This document shows, one piece after another, positions 63,847 to 64,000 of a stretch of DNA of 64,000 nt (positions are counted from its first letter, which is position 1; each line of letters opens with the position of its first letter). The DNA lies in NCBI GenBank assembly GCA_951406725.2, contig OX597814.1, positions 152,892,001-152,956,000 on the forward strand. Direction: 5' to 3'. This DNA is from Octopus vulgaris (Eukaryota). A program made the position numbers and the translations under genes. The notes under the pieces are model-generated. The model was given only the letters and a program-made list of their open reading frames with translations, did not search any database and had not been told where the DNA came from.

Positions 63847-64000
63847 AGGTGCAGACATGGCTGTGTGGTAAGAAGCTTGCTTCTCAATCACATGGGTCCA
63901 GGTTCAGTCCCACTGCATGGTACCTTAGGCAAGTGTCTTTAACTCTAGCCGCATATTGAACAAAACCTTATAAGTGGATTTGGTAGGTGGAAACTGAAAG
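63847..64000 (+). mobile_element. SINE family A, cut by the window end
   Basis: aggtgcagacatggctgtgtggtaagaagcttgc...ggttcagtcccactgc...ggaaactgaaag. Confidence 0.8.

Noticed and set aside
44100-64000. Protein-coding exons in the right third of the window
   Set aside because: Short ORFs here map to repeats or lack splice signals and recognisable motifs; small exons could have been missed.

Overview
AT-rich, repeat-dense animal genomic DNA, most likely an octopus (inferred from the SINE/RTE repeat families, not proven). Two spliced protein-coding genes were reconstructed by hand. (1) On the + strand are the last two coding exons of peroxisomal trans-2-enoyl-CoA reductase (PECR), ending in the PTS1 signal SKL. 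(2) On the - strand, convergent with PECR, is a complete 9-coding-exon gene (32789->10293, 1293 nt, 430 aa; all introns GT-AG and all phases compatible). It encodes an unusual architecture: N-terminal MGxxxS myristoylation motif, a TIR domain retaining the catalytic Glu (E101), a Cbl-type EF-hand-like region and about 4 HEAT repeats. This candidate TIR immune/NADase protein is the most interesting item. The rest is mobile DNA: SINEs, RTE LINE fragments, a full-length decayed mariner, a Tigger/pogo relic, Helitron/Helentron-type elements, piggyBac- and hAT-type MITEs, and several large foldback palindromes, one carrying Penelope-type hammerhead-like motifs. A 22-bp minisatellite and a long compound microsatellite account for all the long ORFs in the ORF track. 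No convincing exons were found between about 37 kb and 64 kb.
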